DNA from: Candidatus Krumholzibacteriia bacterium
GTDB lineage: Bacteria; Krumholzibacteriota; Krumholzibacteriia; Krumholzibacteriales; Krumholzibacteriaceae
Length of the DNA: 64,000 nt
Direction: 5' to 3'
Assembly: GCA_963836185.1 (NCBI GenBank)
Contig: CAWIIQ010000001.1
Coordinates: 2,048,001-2,112,000 of the forward strand
Within the stretch, counting starts at the first letter, position 1; each line of letters begins with the position of its first letter. A program made the translations under genes and the position numbers. Of the stretch, positions 10,743-20,523 are shown piece by piece. A model generated the notes under the pieces. The model worked only from the letters and a program-made list of their open reading frames with translations. It was not told the origin of the DNA and did no database searches.

Positions 10743-11156
10743 TTAATACAGCTTCCTGATCCTTGCCGAACAGATCGGAGCAAGAGATGTTGTAATCAGC
10801 ACAAGCGCCCAGACTCTCCCACTGATCAGATCGTAATCCGAGAACAGCCTCTCCCACGAATGCCCGAACAGGTAGTGTCCCGCAAGGAACTCGAATGAGA
10901 CTGTCATCAGCAACCATAATATCCCGATTAGTATCGCTTTGCCATTACTATCAGGCGCTATCCACCTGATCAGCAGCCACGCCACAAGAAAAATGAGAGC
11001 GCACAGGGTTACAGTGCTGATTACATGGCCGGCGTATTCACCACTGACAGGAGCAATGAACGTGTTTCTGAGTATCCCGTTCAGAGTCGCTACGACCGAC
11101 AGAATCAGCCAGACGATTATTGCTCGAAAATACAATTCAAAGTCCTCTTCAGACAA
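10743..11156 (-). CDS. hypothetical 4-TM membrane protein
   Basis: Hydrophobic ORF co-oriented with the array, 'IGILWLLMTVSFEFLAGHY'. Confidence 0.65.
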   Translation of the reverse strand: MSEEDFELYFRAIIVWLILSVVATLNGILRNTFIAPVSGEYAGHVISTVTLCALIFLVAWLLIRWIAPDSNGKAILIGILWLLMTVSFEFLAGHYLFGHSWERLFSDYDLISGRVWALVLITTSLAPICSARIRKLY

Positions 11157-11196
11157 GGCACGTCGTCTATCAGGTAACTATGCTCGATGAGGGGCA

Positions 11197-11265
11197 GGCT
11201 GACATATGAACAGATCACAAGCAGACAACATAGTGCCGTTGTGATAAGCAGACGCACAGTTGTCC
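11197..11265 (-). repeat. possible highly degenerate attC
   Basis: Minus strand GGACAAC...ATCACAA/TTGTGAT inner inverted repeat...GTCAGCC, starting 7 nt after the stop of the upstream ORF. Confidence 0.3.
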
Positions 11266-11272
11266 TCTCTTT

Positions 11273-11661
11273 CTAGTCATCATCAAGTCCAAGCCACTTC
11301 CTGGCTTCTTCGATATTTCTGAAGACTTCGACTGTCAATGGTGAGTCCCGCAGTTCTGCGATCGTCTGATACATCCTCGCGAATCCGTACAGCAGGTCCG
11401 TACCAGCCACTATCGCCGATCTCATCCCGGCCAGTTTCTCGCTATTGGCAGTGTCTATCTGGATATTGCGCTCAAGAGAACTTGACGAGCCCTGGACCTC
11501 CTCGATGCCGGACAGATCGACCAGTTCCCGCACTCCCGGCTTGATCCGGGAATCAGCCGCGACAGCCTCCCCCTGATCCCTCAGGTCCTTGTCGGTCACT
11601 ACACCGAAGAGGCGCGTATACATGACGTTCTTCTCTTCTCATACGTATACTCTACAGACAT
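11273..11661 (-). CDS. hypothetical STAS/SEC14-like small protein (probable frameshift near 11635)
   Basis: 'ELVDLS...AIVAGTDLLYGFARMY...VFRNIEEARKWLG'; RBS plus ATG at 11661 is out of frame by one base. Confidence 0.6.
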
Positions 11662-11685
11662 CTCTCACCTCTAAGATAGATGTTT

Positions 11686-11898
11686 TCATTCTGTTATATC
11701 TCCAATCAAATTCTCGACCAGGTGCTCAAAGGTGGTCGGATCGACACCGATTCCACCCCGAAACGGGTCACTCAGTGCCAGAATACTGTAAGTCATCTCA
11801 ATCGCATGACCAAACACAAAAATGATTATACCTTTCTCTGTCATATTGTAGTGAATCTCCCCGAACAGCTCATCAACACTAGTACATGGGGTTTTCAT
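11686..11898 (-). CDS. small hypothetical protein or gene remnant
   Basis: 70-aa ORF filling the gap, no recognisable motif. Confidence 0.3.
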   Translation of the reverse strand: MKTPCTSVDELFGEIHYNMTEKGIIIFVFGHAIEMTYSILALSDPFRGGIGVDPTTFEHLVENLIGDITE

Positions 11899-12265
11899 TC
11901 ACTCTTGTCTTTGGAATCTGCTGCATCGAGTCCCAATGCTCGACGATTTTGCCGTGTTCATCAAACCGGAAGAAATCCATCGTCACATACTCATCGCCTC
12001 CGGGCCATACCTGGTGAGTGTGAAGCGCAACCAGATCGCCTTCTGCAACCGATCGCACAAATTCAATCGACTTTTCAGGATACTCTGATGCCATTCTCTC
12101 GAAGTATTCGATGAACGGCTCTGGCCCGTTGCCGACCAGCGGATTGTGCTGGATGTATTCTGCGCCCACGTACTTCTCGACAGCTTCTCGAGGAGACCCT
12201 TCATAGGCGGTCTTATAGAACGCGATGGCATTTCTCTTGTTTGCTTCAATATCCTGAGTCACCAT
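11879..12265 (-). CDS. SnoaL/NTF2-like protein
   Basis: 'YIQHNP...AEGDLV..H...DFFRFDEHGKIVEHWD'. Confidence 0.85.
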   Translation of the reverse strand: MVTQDIEANKRNAIAFYKTAYEGSPREAVEKYVGAEYIQHNPLVGNGPEPFIEYFERMASEYPEKSIEFVRSVAEGDLVALHTHQVWPGGDEYVTMDFFRFDEHGKIVEHWDSMQQIPKTRVNENPMY

Positions 12266-12729
12266 ACCCTCCAATGCATGATTGCCGAGAATAGTAATTT
12301 CGCACACCGGGGGTCAACAGGAGAAGGATGCATCAAGAATCCGTCGACAGCTGTGACATATTGGATTGGGCTTCTAAGACCAATCAGGAATCCTTGAACG
12401 GTCAACCAGGCTGCGAGCGTCACACCGAGCACCAGCGTTCCTGTCCATGCCCAATGATATGTTTTCGACGGGAATACAGACGCTGCCCATTTCCATCGGG
12501 GACAGACCAATAGCCCATAAATCAGTGCCAAAGTCGCTGTTCCCATAATAACCAGTAAGAATAGACCCGGCAGATGGTAATCAGATACTGGCAATTGGGG
12601 CAGTAACTCATTCAGCTGAAGCGATCTTCCCGAAGGATCGACCAGCATGGCAATGCCGCCATACAATCCACCCACACAGAGCAGAAGAAGCAGAAAAAGG
12701 ATTACCCAGATGGTCAAGGGGCGGCGCAT
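12259..12729 (-). CDS. hypothetical membrane protein (C-terminus possibly frameshifted)
   Basis: 'GGLYGGIAMLVDPSG...PGLFLLVIMG', hydrophobic. Confidence 0.65.
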   Translation of the reverse strand: MRRPLTIWVILFLLLLLCVGGLYGGIAMLVDPSGRSLQLNELLPQLPVSDYHLPGLFLLVIMGTATLALIYGLLVCPRWKWAASVFPSKTYHWAWTGTLVLGVTLAAWLTVQGFLIGLRSPIQYVTAVDGFLMHPSPVDPRCAKLLFSAIMHWRVW

Positions 12730-12824
12730 GCATGTATCCCCTGTTATATTTGACTTTTCTTTTTATTTCCGCCAGTATAGTCAGTCACAGGTAATCGAAT
12801 AATTTGTAATTATATAAGTAACAT

Positions 12825-13425
12825 ATGCCATTTCCATACTACAACAATCTAAGCGCGACCAAGAAAGAGTATTTACAGGAAAAGCGATGCCATAGATAGC
12901 ATTCCTGTCAAGGATCCGGACCGCATACACCCTGTGGCCATTAAACTCAAGAAGTCCCTTGAGGAGAATAAGCGCCGCGATGTAGCTAAGCATGCCTCTG
13001 AACTCTGCCGCCTGGTATGCAAGGGCCTCGACACAGAAGCACTCAGCGTAAAAATAAGCTCGAAGCGCCCATCAAGCGATACTGAAGAACTGCATGGCTT
13101 ATATGAGTGGGCAGAGGGGGAAACTCCTGTGCTTACTGTCTGGATGAAGACCGCCGTCAAGGGACAGGTGGTAGCGTTCAAATCATTCATCAGGACGGTA
13201 CTTCACGAACTCTGTCATCATTTGGACTACACTCACTTCGATCTTGATGACTCTTTCCACACAGAAGGCTTTTTTAAAAGAGAATCTTCTCTCTACAAAC
13301 AAATAGTCCCCATGGAGCTTCAAAAAAGTAAGCCAGATAAAAAGAAAGCCCCCCAAAAGAAGGCTGAAAGGCAAAAAAGTAAAGAGCCGGAACAAATGGA
13401 TCTTTTTAACGCTTGCTTCGCCTGA
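12825..13425 (+). CDS. SprT-like zinc metalloprotease (HExxH), inverted relative to the array; 1-nt shift near 12866
   Basis: 'LHGLY...RTVLHELCHHLDY...FHTEGF'; upstream ATG 12825 gives MPFPYYNNLS...IYRKSD after a frameshift. Confidence 0.7.
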
Positions 13426-13458
13426 AAAGTCGTTTCGTGCAGACCAGGCGCCCGCGGG

Positions 13459-14028
13459 TTATTGCTCCCGCGCTGCTTTCCGAAACAACCAGGCCGACAA
13501 AAGCCACAGCGCGGCGAAGAACCCGGTCGATACCAGGATATCCAGCGGCCAGGTCGGCCCCGTGGAGCCGAATCCGGCGATCAGCGCGATCACGGCGACC
13601 AACACCTGAGCGAGCGCCGTCGCGAACAACGCGCGTGCCATTCCATGGGGCCGGAAGCGCGCGATGATGGCACCGATGATTCCGACGGCGAGCACCCCGC
13701 CATACATCAAGTTGGCGTCGTCGTGCTCAGTCCCGATGATGCCAACGGCACCGTTCACCCAGACGAGGATAAATGCTGCCGCGAGCGCAACGCCGACGGC
13801 GGATCGGTACGCGGTATTGCCTGTCTTCCTCGCTGCCAGCTCATAGGTGACACCAGCGCCGACCAGGAGGGCGCCGAGGACAGCGAAATCGGTCACATCC
13901 CAGACGACTTGATCGGTGACCTGCATCGCGAACAGGGGCAGCAGCATTATGAGCGCTGCGGCGGCCCAGGCTGCTATCCTCCATCGGTTCCGGCGCCGTC
14001 TGCCACCGTTTTCCGTGTTTCCTGTCAT
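13459..14028 (-). CDS. hypothetical multi-TM membrane protein
   Basis: 'PLFAMQVTDQVVWD...WVNGAVGIIG...WLFRKAA'. Confidence 0.75.
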   Translation of the reverse strand: MTGNTENGGRRRRNRWRIAAWAAAALIMLLPLFAMQVTDQVVWDVTDFAVLGALLVGAGVTYELAARKTGNTAYRSAVGVALAAAFILVWVNGAVGIIGTEHDDANLMYGGVLAVGIIGAIIARFRPHGMARALFATALAQVLVAVIALIAGFGSTGPTWPLDILVSTGFFAALWLLSAWLFRKAAREQ

Positions 14029-14562
14029 CGCCTTGCCTCCGGTGATGCGTCTTGGCAGCCAGTCGCCATAAATGCCTCGTGAAACACCATGATGCCTTGT
14101 GGAATATTTTCACCTAACGGCAAGGCAAGGAATACTTCCTGTGGGATTCCTTCGTAAACCAACTCAGGATAATTTTTAAAAACCGAACTGTTTATAATAA
14201 TTCGGATCACCGACAAGAGCGCAACCCTGGGCGCCTAACTTTTTAAGCTGAGACAACCCTTCGTTAACAAGTGATTTCCCGATGCCTTGCTTTTGATACT
14301 CCGGCAAAACTGAAACCGGACCGAGGCCATACCAGCCTGTAGCGCCGTCAGAAATTGTTACAGGTGAAAAAGCAATATGCCCGATGACTTGCCCATCATT
14401 TTCTGCCACAAGGGAGATAGTCAAAACACCAGCTGCACGCAACGCATTTATTATGAAATGTTTAGTCTGGTTGCTGACTTGGACCGTCTCGAAGGCAGCT
14501 ATTGTTACCTGGGTTATTGCCTCAATACCTGCGATCGTTTCTTTTCTAATAATCATTTCCAT
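14025..14562 (-). CDS. YhbS-like GNAT N-acetyltransferase (frameshift at about 14176)
   Basis: 'GHIAFSPV...LGPVSVLPEYQKQGIG...LVGDPNYYKQFGF' continues in the next frame 'KNYPELVYEGIP...FHEAF'; break lies in a T5/A5 homopolymer. Confidence 0.8.
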
Positions 14563-14632
14563 ACTCCGGTTCCATTTCATAATTCTACCAGGATCCATAA
14601 TCGTCGTGGCCGGAGCTCTGAGTCATCTTGAA

Positions 14633-15031
14633 TCATGAATTGTTCAGATCCTCTGGCAAGCCCAGCCATGCCAGGGCGGCGTCCATGGCACGGAATACCA
14701 CAAAATTCCAATGCACAGAATCGGCAAGCACTTCATACATTCTGGCCAGACTGAAGGAGAGATCCTTTGTAGCCACAACGGCTACTTTTGTGCTTACTGT
14801 AATGCCGGTGAGTTTCTCTTCCACTGATTCAGCAAAACGAAGAAGTGCTTCAGGGCTCCTGGAGCTGCTGTGTGTTTCCCGTAAGTCAACCAACATGTTC
14901 ATCGGTGGTTTGAATGTATCGCTTTCAAAGAATGCTTTGTAGAAGGCAAGAAACTCGTCGTCCGGCACTCGCCCGGTATGCACAAAAACAACCAGTTTGT
15001 ATTCCGGTCTGACATGAGATTCAATGGTCAT
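14633..15031 (-). CDS. hypothetical STAS/SEC14-like small protein
   Basis: 'LVDLRE...VAVVATKDLSFSLARMY...VFRAMDAALAWLG'; same family as 11273-11661. Confidence 0.65.
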   Translation of the reverse strand: MTIESHVRPEYKLVVFVHTGRVPDDEFLAFYKAFFESDTFKPPMNMLVDLRETHSSSRSPEALLRFAESVEEKLTGITVSTKVAVVATKDLSFSLARMYEVLADSVHWNFVVFRAMDAALAWLGLPEDLNNS

Positions 15032-15068
15032 AAGTCCTCCTTATATGATCCTGACTTCGTAGAGTATT

Positions 15069-15363
15069 TCATTTCCTCGCCACAAGAATTACTTCACCGC
15101 AATATTTCCTTAGTCCTGGAAATAAGGCCAGCAAGATATTATCTGTTTTCTTTACAAGATACAGAAACCAACGAATGGGTGGAAATGTTAATCCGTTTCT
15201 AAAAATACGCTTACTCATAAAGAAAAGAGACATCAATTCAATGCTGTACATCAATCTTATAAGTCCTGGAGTCAAACGGCAGGCTGTCTTTTTATTCTAT
15301 GTCGTGCTCTTCACTTTCAATGCGTTCCCATTCCTCAGGAGATATATGGCTATTTTTTGTCAT
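15069..15363 (-). pseudogene. decayed gene remnant (possibly an internally deleted methyltransferase)
   Basis: ATG 15363 hits a stop after about 23 codons; C-terminal '...DNILLALFPGLRKYCGEVILVARK' resembles methyltransferase tails; AT-rich. Confidence 0.4.
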
Positions 15364-15396
15364 CTTGTGATTCCTTTCTTGATCTTTTTACATTCG

Positions 15397-15493
15397 ATCC
15401 ATTGTTCAGTTTCAGATGCGAAGACGATTGCCCGGCCCGTGCCCCGCAGTCGCCGTGACAGACAAGACAGGCAGCTGAAGGCAGAAGCTGGAT
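15397..15493 (-). repeat. degenerate attC (both core sites mutated)
   Basis: Internal GCCCCGCAGTCGCCGTGACAGACAAGAC nearly identical to attC 23283-23380; ends ATCCAGC / AATGGAT instead of RYYYAAC / GTTRRRY; 97 bp. Confidence 0.75.
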
Positions 15494-15497
15494 GACT

Positions 15498-16347
15498 TCA
15501 TTTCCTCTCAACAGATCTTGCTACAACGGCGAACTCATCAGCATCAGGATCATAAACCTTACCAGCAACATCACCCCAGATTTCAATTACCTGTAGCCCA
15601 CAACTATCGAATTCGCTCTTGACCTCTGATGGTTCAAAGCACTGAAGCCAATTGAAGACCTGACGCGTACGTTCCCTTTCGACTATGGTGTACTTGTCCA
15701 GTAATACTCGCTCTTTATCATATTTGAACTTATTGAGAAATCCATAATATTCATCCGGAGACCAGAATCCGTTGAGAAGATTCAACTCGTAGGTTGCACT
15801 CTCTTTGCGTCGGTCGAACATGTGTTCGAATAGACATCGAGAAGAACAGCTCCCCCATCAGCCAGTAACATACGGTATTTATTCAACATTAAAGAACGCT
15901 GATCACGATTGAGCGCGCAAAAGTCACACATGATCATTATGATCAGATCAAAGCGAGCAATCTGTGTCATAGCTTAGATAGTCCGCCTCGACGTATTCGA
16001 TATCCAGATTTTCATCTGCAGCCTTATCGCGGGCATATCGAAGCGAGTTGGCCGAAAAGTCAATTCCCGTGACTTTTGCACCGGCCTGAGCGAGGCGCTG
16101 TGCATATAACCCAGGCCCACATCCGAAATCTGCCACTCTGGATTCAGCAGTAAGCCCGAAATGCGACACGATCCACTCCACAGAACGTTCAATAAAAACA
16201 GGATTCCTCGATGCTGCCTCTATATTCTCATTCAGATGATACGAGAGCATCTGTTCCGATGTGTATGGATCGGTCCATAACTCTTGTGTTGTGTACTCCG
16301 AAAACGGTTCTAGGCCGTCTATTTACTTCATGTAAAAATTCGTACAA
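15498..16347 (-). pseudogene. class I SAM methyltransferase split into several frames
   Basis: 'VADFGCGPGLY...GIDFS' (15948-16250), 'IMCDFCAL' (15782-15970), C-terminus (15498-15821); frameshifts may be sequencing errors. Confidence 0.65.
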
Positions 16348-16366
16348 TTGGATCTCCCTTAATCGC

Positions 16367-16456
16367 AGCTAAAGTTCAGCTTAAGCAGCAGCGAGAAGCG
16401 CCGACAACAAGCTATGATCTAAAAACCTTTCTGTCTGTGTCTCCAACAAGGGGCAG
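16367..16456 (-). repeat. strongly degenerate attC
   Basis: Plus-strand AGCTAAA-GTTCAGCTTAAGCAGC resembles the family end GCCTAAC-GTGAGCTTCAGCTGC; lies between two cassette genes. Confidence 0.45.
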
Positions 16457-16459
16457 CCG

Positions 16460-17948
16460 TCACTTGATCTTCTTGGCCGGAATCTCCATGCCTTGGTAAA
16501 AGATGACCAGGCCGGTCACGGTGCCATCAGAATCTCGGCTGAAGGTGAAGTAATACGGCTTTCCGTCAATGAAGAATTCCGTCTCGGAGACGGCCATCAC
16601 GTCGTCCCAGTAGTTCCCGTCCCCGGACCCGACCAGACGTCCATCCTCAACCTTCAGGAAGATAGAATCCCCTGGCTGCACTTCATACTGCCCGGTGACG
16701 GCATCGAAGATCGAGGGATCGATCTTGACGGTCTTCCGCTCCGGCTCGGGTGTCGGTGGCGGAACCGAAGGGTCGAACGGCTGATACCCCAGCCATGTGA
16801 AGGGCGAACTCTGGTCACCGATCACTCGCTCGACGATCAGGTGAGCGATGCTCTCGAAGTTGGAACTATTGCTCAGGAGGACAACCCCGATCTTCTTGTC
16901 CAGGTAGGTGACCGTGTAGTTCTCCCAGCCGACATCGTGACCCGTGTGGAAGAACGCCCGCCCGAACTCGGTTTCGAACAGGCCCCACCCAAGTCCCCAG
17001 GCGAGATGAATGGTCTTGTTATCCTCCGTTGTTTCGCCCGCCAACGGGCCGAACATTCTTTTGGACAGCACCGGGACCTGAGGCGCGAACATCTGATCGA
17101 TCGAATCCTGCTCGAGACCCTCGCCACTCAGAACAGCAAGGAGTAGCCTCGCAAAGTCCGAGGCGGTGGTCAGCAAGGATCCGGCTGCGCTCGGTTTCGC
17201 GCCCCGGCTCTTCTTGATCCGTTTCTGTCGTTCCGTGTGCCCGTCGGCGTGGTTCGTTTCGAAAGCCGGCTCCCAGACATAGCTTGTGTGCGACATGTTC
17301 AACGGCATAAACAGACTCTCCCGGGCCAGTACATCCAGGGGCTTGCCCGTTATGTTCTCGACAACCATCTGCAGAAAGTGGAAACCCTTCGCCGCTGTAG
17401 CTGAACCGTTCGCCCGGTGGAAAGACGAACGTGAGTTCGCCTCCCTCCTACAGCAGGCGGAAATTGGGCCAGCCCGTGGTATGCGTCAACACACGGCGGG
17501 CCGTAATCTCCCGCATCCGAGGGTCATCCCTCAGATCCTCCCACTTCGGATACTCGCCGATGGGCCTGTCAAGGTAATCAACAAGGGGGCGATCCAACTC
17601 CAGCAATCCGTTCTCGACCAACTGCATGACCAGACAGGCAAAAGTCGGCTTGCTGAACGAGAGCCCGGGGAACACCGTCTCCCGATCCGGGACAAGTCCC
17701 GACGTACGGCTCTTCAGGCCCCACTCGTGCTCGTAGACTACATCGCCGTCGTTGATGATCGCCATCTGAAGGCCCATCACGCCGGCGTTATCCATCACCG
17801 CCGCGACATACTCTTCTATTTCACCTACGGAGACGTAGCTGTCGTCGATCCGCCTGATCTGCTGCCTGCCTGCATCGACCGTGCGCGAGTCGCATGCCCA
17901 TAACATCGCAGTGACAAGCAGCATGGGAATAAGGAGCATGGCTCTCAT
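16460..17948 (-). CDS. serine hydrolase (beta-lactamase/AmpC-like) lipoprotein with C-terminal DUF3471-like domain; frameshifts at 17370-17450
   Basis: Lipobox LWAC, SxxK (SFSK), LTHTTG, YSG, 'FFHTG'. Confidence 0.75.
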
Positions 17949-17993
17949 GAATTCTTTCTCCGATCCGAAACGAGCGGGATTACACTTTCGACA

Positions 17994-18093
17994 GCACATC
18001 GTTCAGCTTCAGCTGCGGTCGCCAGGCTGGCGCGGTGGGTGCCCCGCAGCCGCCGTGACAGCCAAGACCGCCAGTTGCATGCGAGGGTTAGGC
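17994..18093 (-). repeat. attC (R' core mutated GTT->GAT)
   Basis: Minus: GCCTAAC-CCTCGCATGCAACTG...CAGCTGAAGCTGAAC-GATGTGC; 100 bp family member. Confidence 0.8.
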
Positions 18094-18097
18094 CTAC

Positions 18098-18529
18098 TTA
18101 AACCCTCTTGGGACGGAGAAACGCTACAACACCAAACGTTATTCCAACAAGAATATCCACTGCCGCACAGATAAATAGAATTGTCGATATACTTTGCATC
18201 GACGGGCCGTGAGATCGGTATGCTGAGGCCGCGTCGACAAGCGCTAATCCCAACATCAGAACAACGAATCCGACTACAACAAGACCAGATGTCGAGGCCC
18301 AACTTCGTTCCTTTGACACAATAACTATAACCGCACAAGCAGTTGCTGCAACTAGGGTTAAACTAAAATTCACCCAGAATGCCGGCACGGCTCTATTTGG
18401 ATTGGCACCAGGAGAGTTGTCAGACTTGATCCCTGGGATCACACTCAGCGCCAATAATATGGCAACCAAGACGAGAAGAATCGTACAGCCCAGCAGCATT
18501 CGTCTGCTCGACTTGAGGTTCATCTTCAT
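18098..18529 (-). CDS. hypothetical 4-TM membrane protein (cassette)
   Basis: GGAGG RBS, hydrophobic ORF bounded by attCs. Confidence 0.7.
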   Translation of the reverse strand: MKMNLKSSRRMLLGCTILLVLVAILLALSVIPGIKSDNSPGANPNRAVPAFWVNFSLTLVAATACAVIVIVSKERSWASTSGLVVVGFVVLMLGLALVDAASAYRSHGPSMQSISTILFICAAVDILVGITFGVVAFLRPKRV

Positions 18530-18564
18530 AATTTCCTCCAAATCATGATCTCATTCCCAACTGG

Positions 18565-18660
18565 GCCAAACGTCTGTTTCAGCTGCGACAAGGCTGGCGA
18601 GCCGGTTGCCCTGCAAGCGGCATGATAGTCGCAGTCGTCAGCTGCATGCGATAGTTAGGT
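18565..18660 (-). repeat. attC
   Basis: Minus: ACCTAAC-TATCGCATGCAGCTG...CAGCTGAAACAGAC-GTTTGGC; 96 bp. Confidence 0.85.
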
Positions 18661-18678
18661 TGTGTGTCTCCATCTCTT

Positions 18679-19272
18679 TTACCTGCGATCGTGTATACGT
18701 GGCACGAACCGCGGAACCTTTTTTTTGTACTCAATATATCTCGTGCCGAAACGAGCCGTAAGTTCACGTTCCTCAAGCACTGCTATGACGAAGATCATCA
18801 CCACGTAGACGCCCCACAGAAGGTAGAGTATCAGGTAGTTGGTCAGAAGTGCCATCGCCGCAATCGCTAAAGTCATCGCGACGAACCTTGGATGCCTCAT
18901 GTGCGAGTACACTCCATCCTCCACGAGGTTTCCAGGTTCATCCGGGGAGATCTCTGACAGTCCGAATGCCATCGTCTTAGGAACCCGGCGGTAGACCAGA
19001 ATGTTGAGGTACGAAGAGCCCGCTATAAGAATACACGACACACAAGCCAACGGCCAGCGGAAGCCGTATCGAACGTGTAAGAGTGGATTGCGTACCAAAT
19101 ACATGCCCAGCATGACCAAGATAGTAGATGCGGCAACAATGAGCATGCTCCCGGTTGATCCCAGGCGCCGCCAGAATGAGACTAAAGAATGCAGCAGCAC
19201 CCACGCTATCAGAGTTGCTGGAACAGTGATGAGCGTAAGGAGCGCAAGGTAGTAGAGCACACTATCCTGCAT
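18679..19272 (-). CDS. isoprenylcysteine carboxyl methyltransferase/PEMT family membrane protein (cassette)
   Basis: 'LVEDGVYSHMRHP...EERELTARFG..Y..YKKKVPRFVP'. Confidence 0.85.
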   Translation of the reverse strand: MQDSVLYYLALLTLITVPATLIAWVLLHSLVSFWRRLGSTGSMLIVAASTILVMLGMYLVRNPLLHVRYGFRWPLACVSCILIAGSSYLNILVYRRVPKTMAFGLSEISPDEPGNLVEDGVYSHMRHPRFVAMTLAIAAMALLTNYLILYLLWGVYVVMIFVIAVLEERELTARFGTRYIEYKKKVPRFVPRIHDRR

Positions 19273-19314
19273 CGGCTTTTATACCTCTCAAATGCCAGTT
19301 CGCCATGTGTCGCA

Positions 19315-19411
19315 ACCTAACGTTGGCTCCACCTGCAAAGACGATTGGCGCGGACAGTGCGCAAGCAGGGTACGTGACAAACGGCTTTGTGGGTGCAAGC
19401 TCTTGTCAGGT
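19315..19411 (-). repeat. attC (R'' = ACCTGAC, contains TGA stop)
   Basis: Minus: ACCTGAC-AAGAGCTTGCACC...GCAGGTGGAGCCAAC-GTTAGGT; 97 bp. Confidence 0.8.
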
Positions 19412-20047
19412 CGTTTCCTTCGCTCCTTCGAGATAGACGGCGTCCATCGAAAAATCTTCCACCGGCTCGACAACACATCGGATGATCGCGAACCCGGCTT
19501 CTTGTGCCCATGTCGCCATTTCGTTGCTGCAGTATCTGAGAGCAACAATGTCCGACTCGTCTCCGTAGTCGATAGCCCCGCTGCCCTCCCACGTCGCGAC
19601 AACAAGCTGCCCACCGGGTCCCAGGATCCGATACCACTCACGGAAGGCCAACTCAACACCCTCGGAATCCAGGTGGTGCAGTGCAAAGAAATTCAGGACC
19701 GCGCTGCTTGATCCGAGACCAACTGCGGACAGGTCGCGCATGTCACCGACGACAAGCTGCGCATTAGGCCCGAGCTTCTCCCCAGCAATTGATACCATGC
19801 GCGGCGACAGATCTATTCCCAAGAGCGGGCGATTACTATCGTAGCGCTCGTGGTACATGGAGAGCATATGCCCCGAGCCACAGGCGGTATCGACAACTGC
19901 GCCCGGTATATTCGCAATGCGATCACGCAGGCGCCCCAAAATGTCGGCATAGACTGGAAGGCCTATTTCCGCGTCCATCATCTGCGCGTACGAGTCCGCC
20001 GTTTCCTCATATATTTTGCGTACTTCATTTGTGGGCGATGGCTGCAT
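19406..20047 (-). CDS. class I SAM-dependent methyltransferase (cassette)
   Basis: 'VVDTACGSG...GIDLSPRM...GDMRDL...ILGPGG'. Confidence 0.85.
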   Translation of the reverse strand: MQPSPTNEVRKIYEETADSYAQMMDAEIGLPVYADILGRLRDRIANIPGAVVDTACGSGHMLSMYHERYDSNRPLLGIDLSPRMVSIAGEKLGPNAQLVVGDMRDLSAVGLGSSSAVLNFFALHHLDSEGVELAFREWYRILGPGGQLVVATWEGSGAIDYGDESDIVALRYCSNEMATWAQEAGFAIIRCVVEPVEDFSMDAVYLEGAKETT

Positions 20048-20060
20048 GATTTTCCAGTCG

Positions 20061-20156
20061 ACCTAACGTCAGCTTCAGCTGCGACAAGGCTGGCGGGCCG
20101 GTTGCTCCGCAAGCGGCATGACAGCCGTAGTCGCCAGCTGCAAGCAGTGGTTAAGT
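20061..20156 (-). repeat. attC
   Basis: Minus: ACTTAAC-CACTGCTTGCAGCTG...CAGCTGAAGCTGAC-GTTAGGT; 96 bp. Confidence 0.9.
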
Positions 20157-20162
20157 GGTGCC

Positions 20163-20381
20163 CTAATTCTTGGACTGGCGCACGCACCACATGATCGCAA
20201 GCACTGCGCCTAGAACGCATCCGGCCCCGAACACCATGCCTAAAAAGACGGCGTGAGGTAAAGTAAGCCGCCAGAACAATACGTTAGTTTCCACAGGCTG
20301 AAAGTTCTGCAAGACGATTATGGCACCAAGTACACCTAATACGATCGCAACGATCATCTTGGCGCGTGATGGTCCTGTCAT
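20163..20381 (-). CDS. LapA-family (DUF1049) small membrane protein (cassette)
   Basis: 'IIVLQNFQPV...FW..TLP' two-TM pattern; GAGGGG RBS. Confidence 0.7.
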   Translation of the reverse strand: MTGPSRAKMIVAIVLGVLGAIIVLQNFQPVETNVLFWRLTLPHAVFLGMVFGAGCVLGAVLAIMWCVRQSKN

Positions 20382-20416
20382 ATTCCCCTCCTATTTGAGG
20401 CCCATAGTAAATATCC

Positions 20417-20479
20417 ACTTAACGCTCCCCCTCAGCGGCGCGCCGCAAGCGGCGCGTCCGCTGCAGCGGGTTGTTAGGC
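20417..20479 (-). repeat. short 63-bp attC of a different family
   Basis: Minus: GCCTAAC-AACCCGCTGCAGCGG...CCGCTGAGGGGGAGC-GTTAAGT with central CGCGCCGC-AA-GCGGCGCG hairpin. Confidence 0.9.
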
Positions 20480-20523
20480 CGCACCGCCACTGCGGGAACT
20501 TGGCAGCGTGATTTCGCCATTCC

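Noticed and set aside
14112-14118. ACCTAAC as an attC core
   Set aside because: Lies inside the frameshifted GNAT coding region and lacks attC arms.
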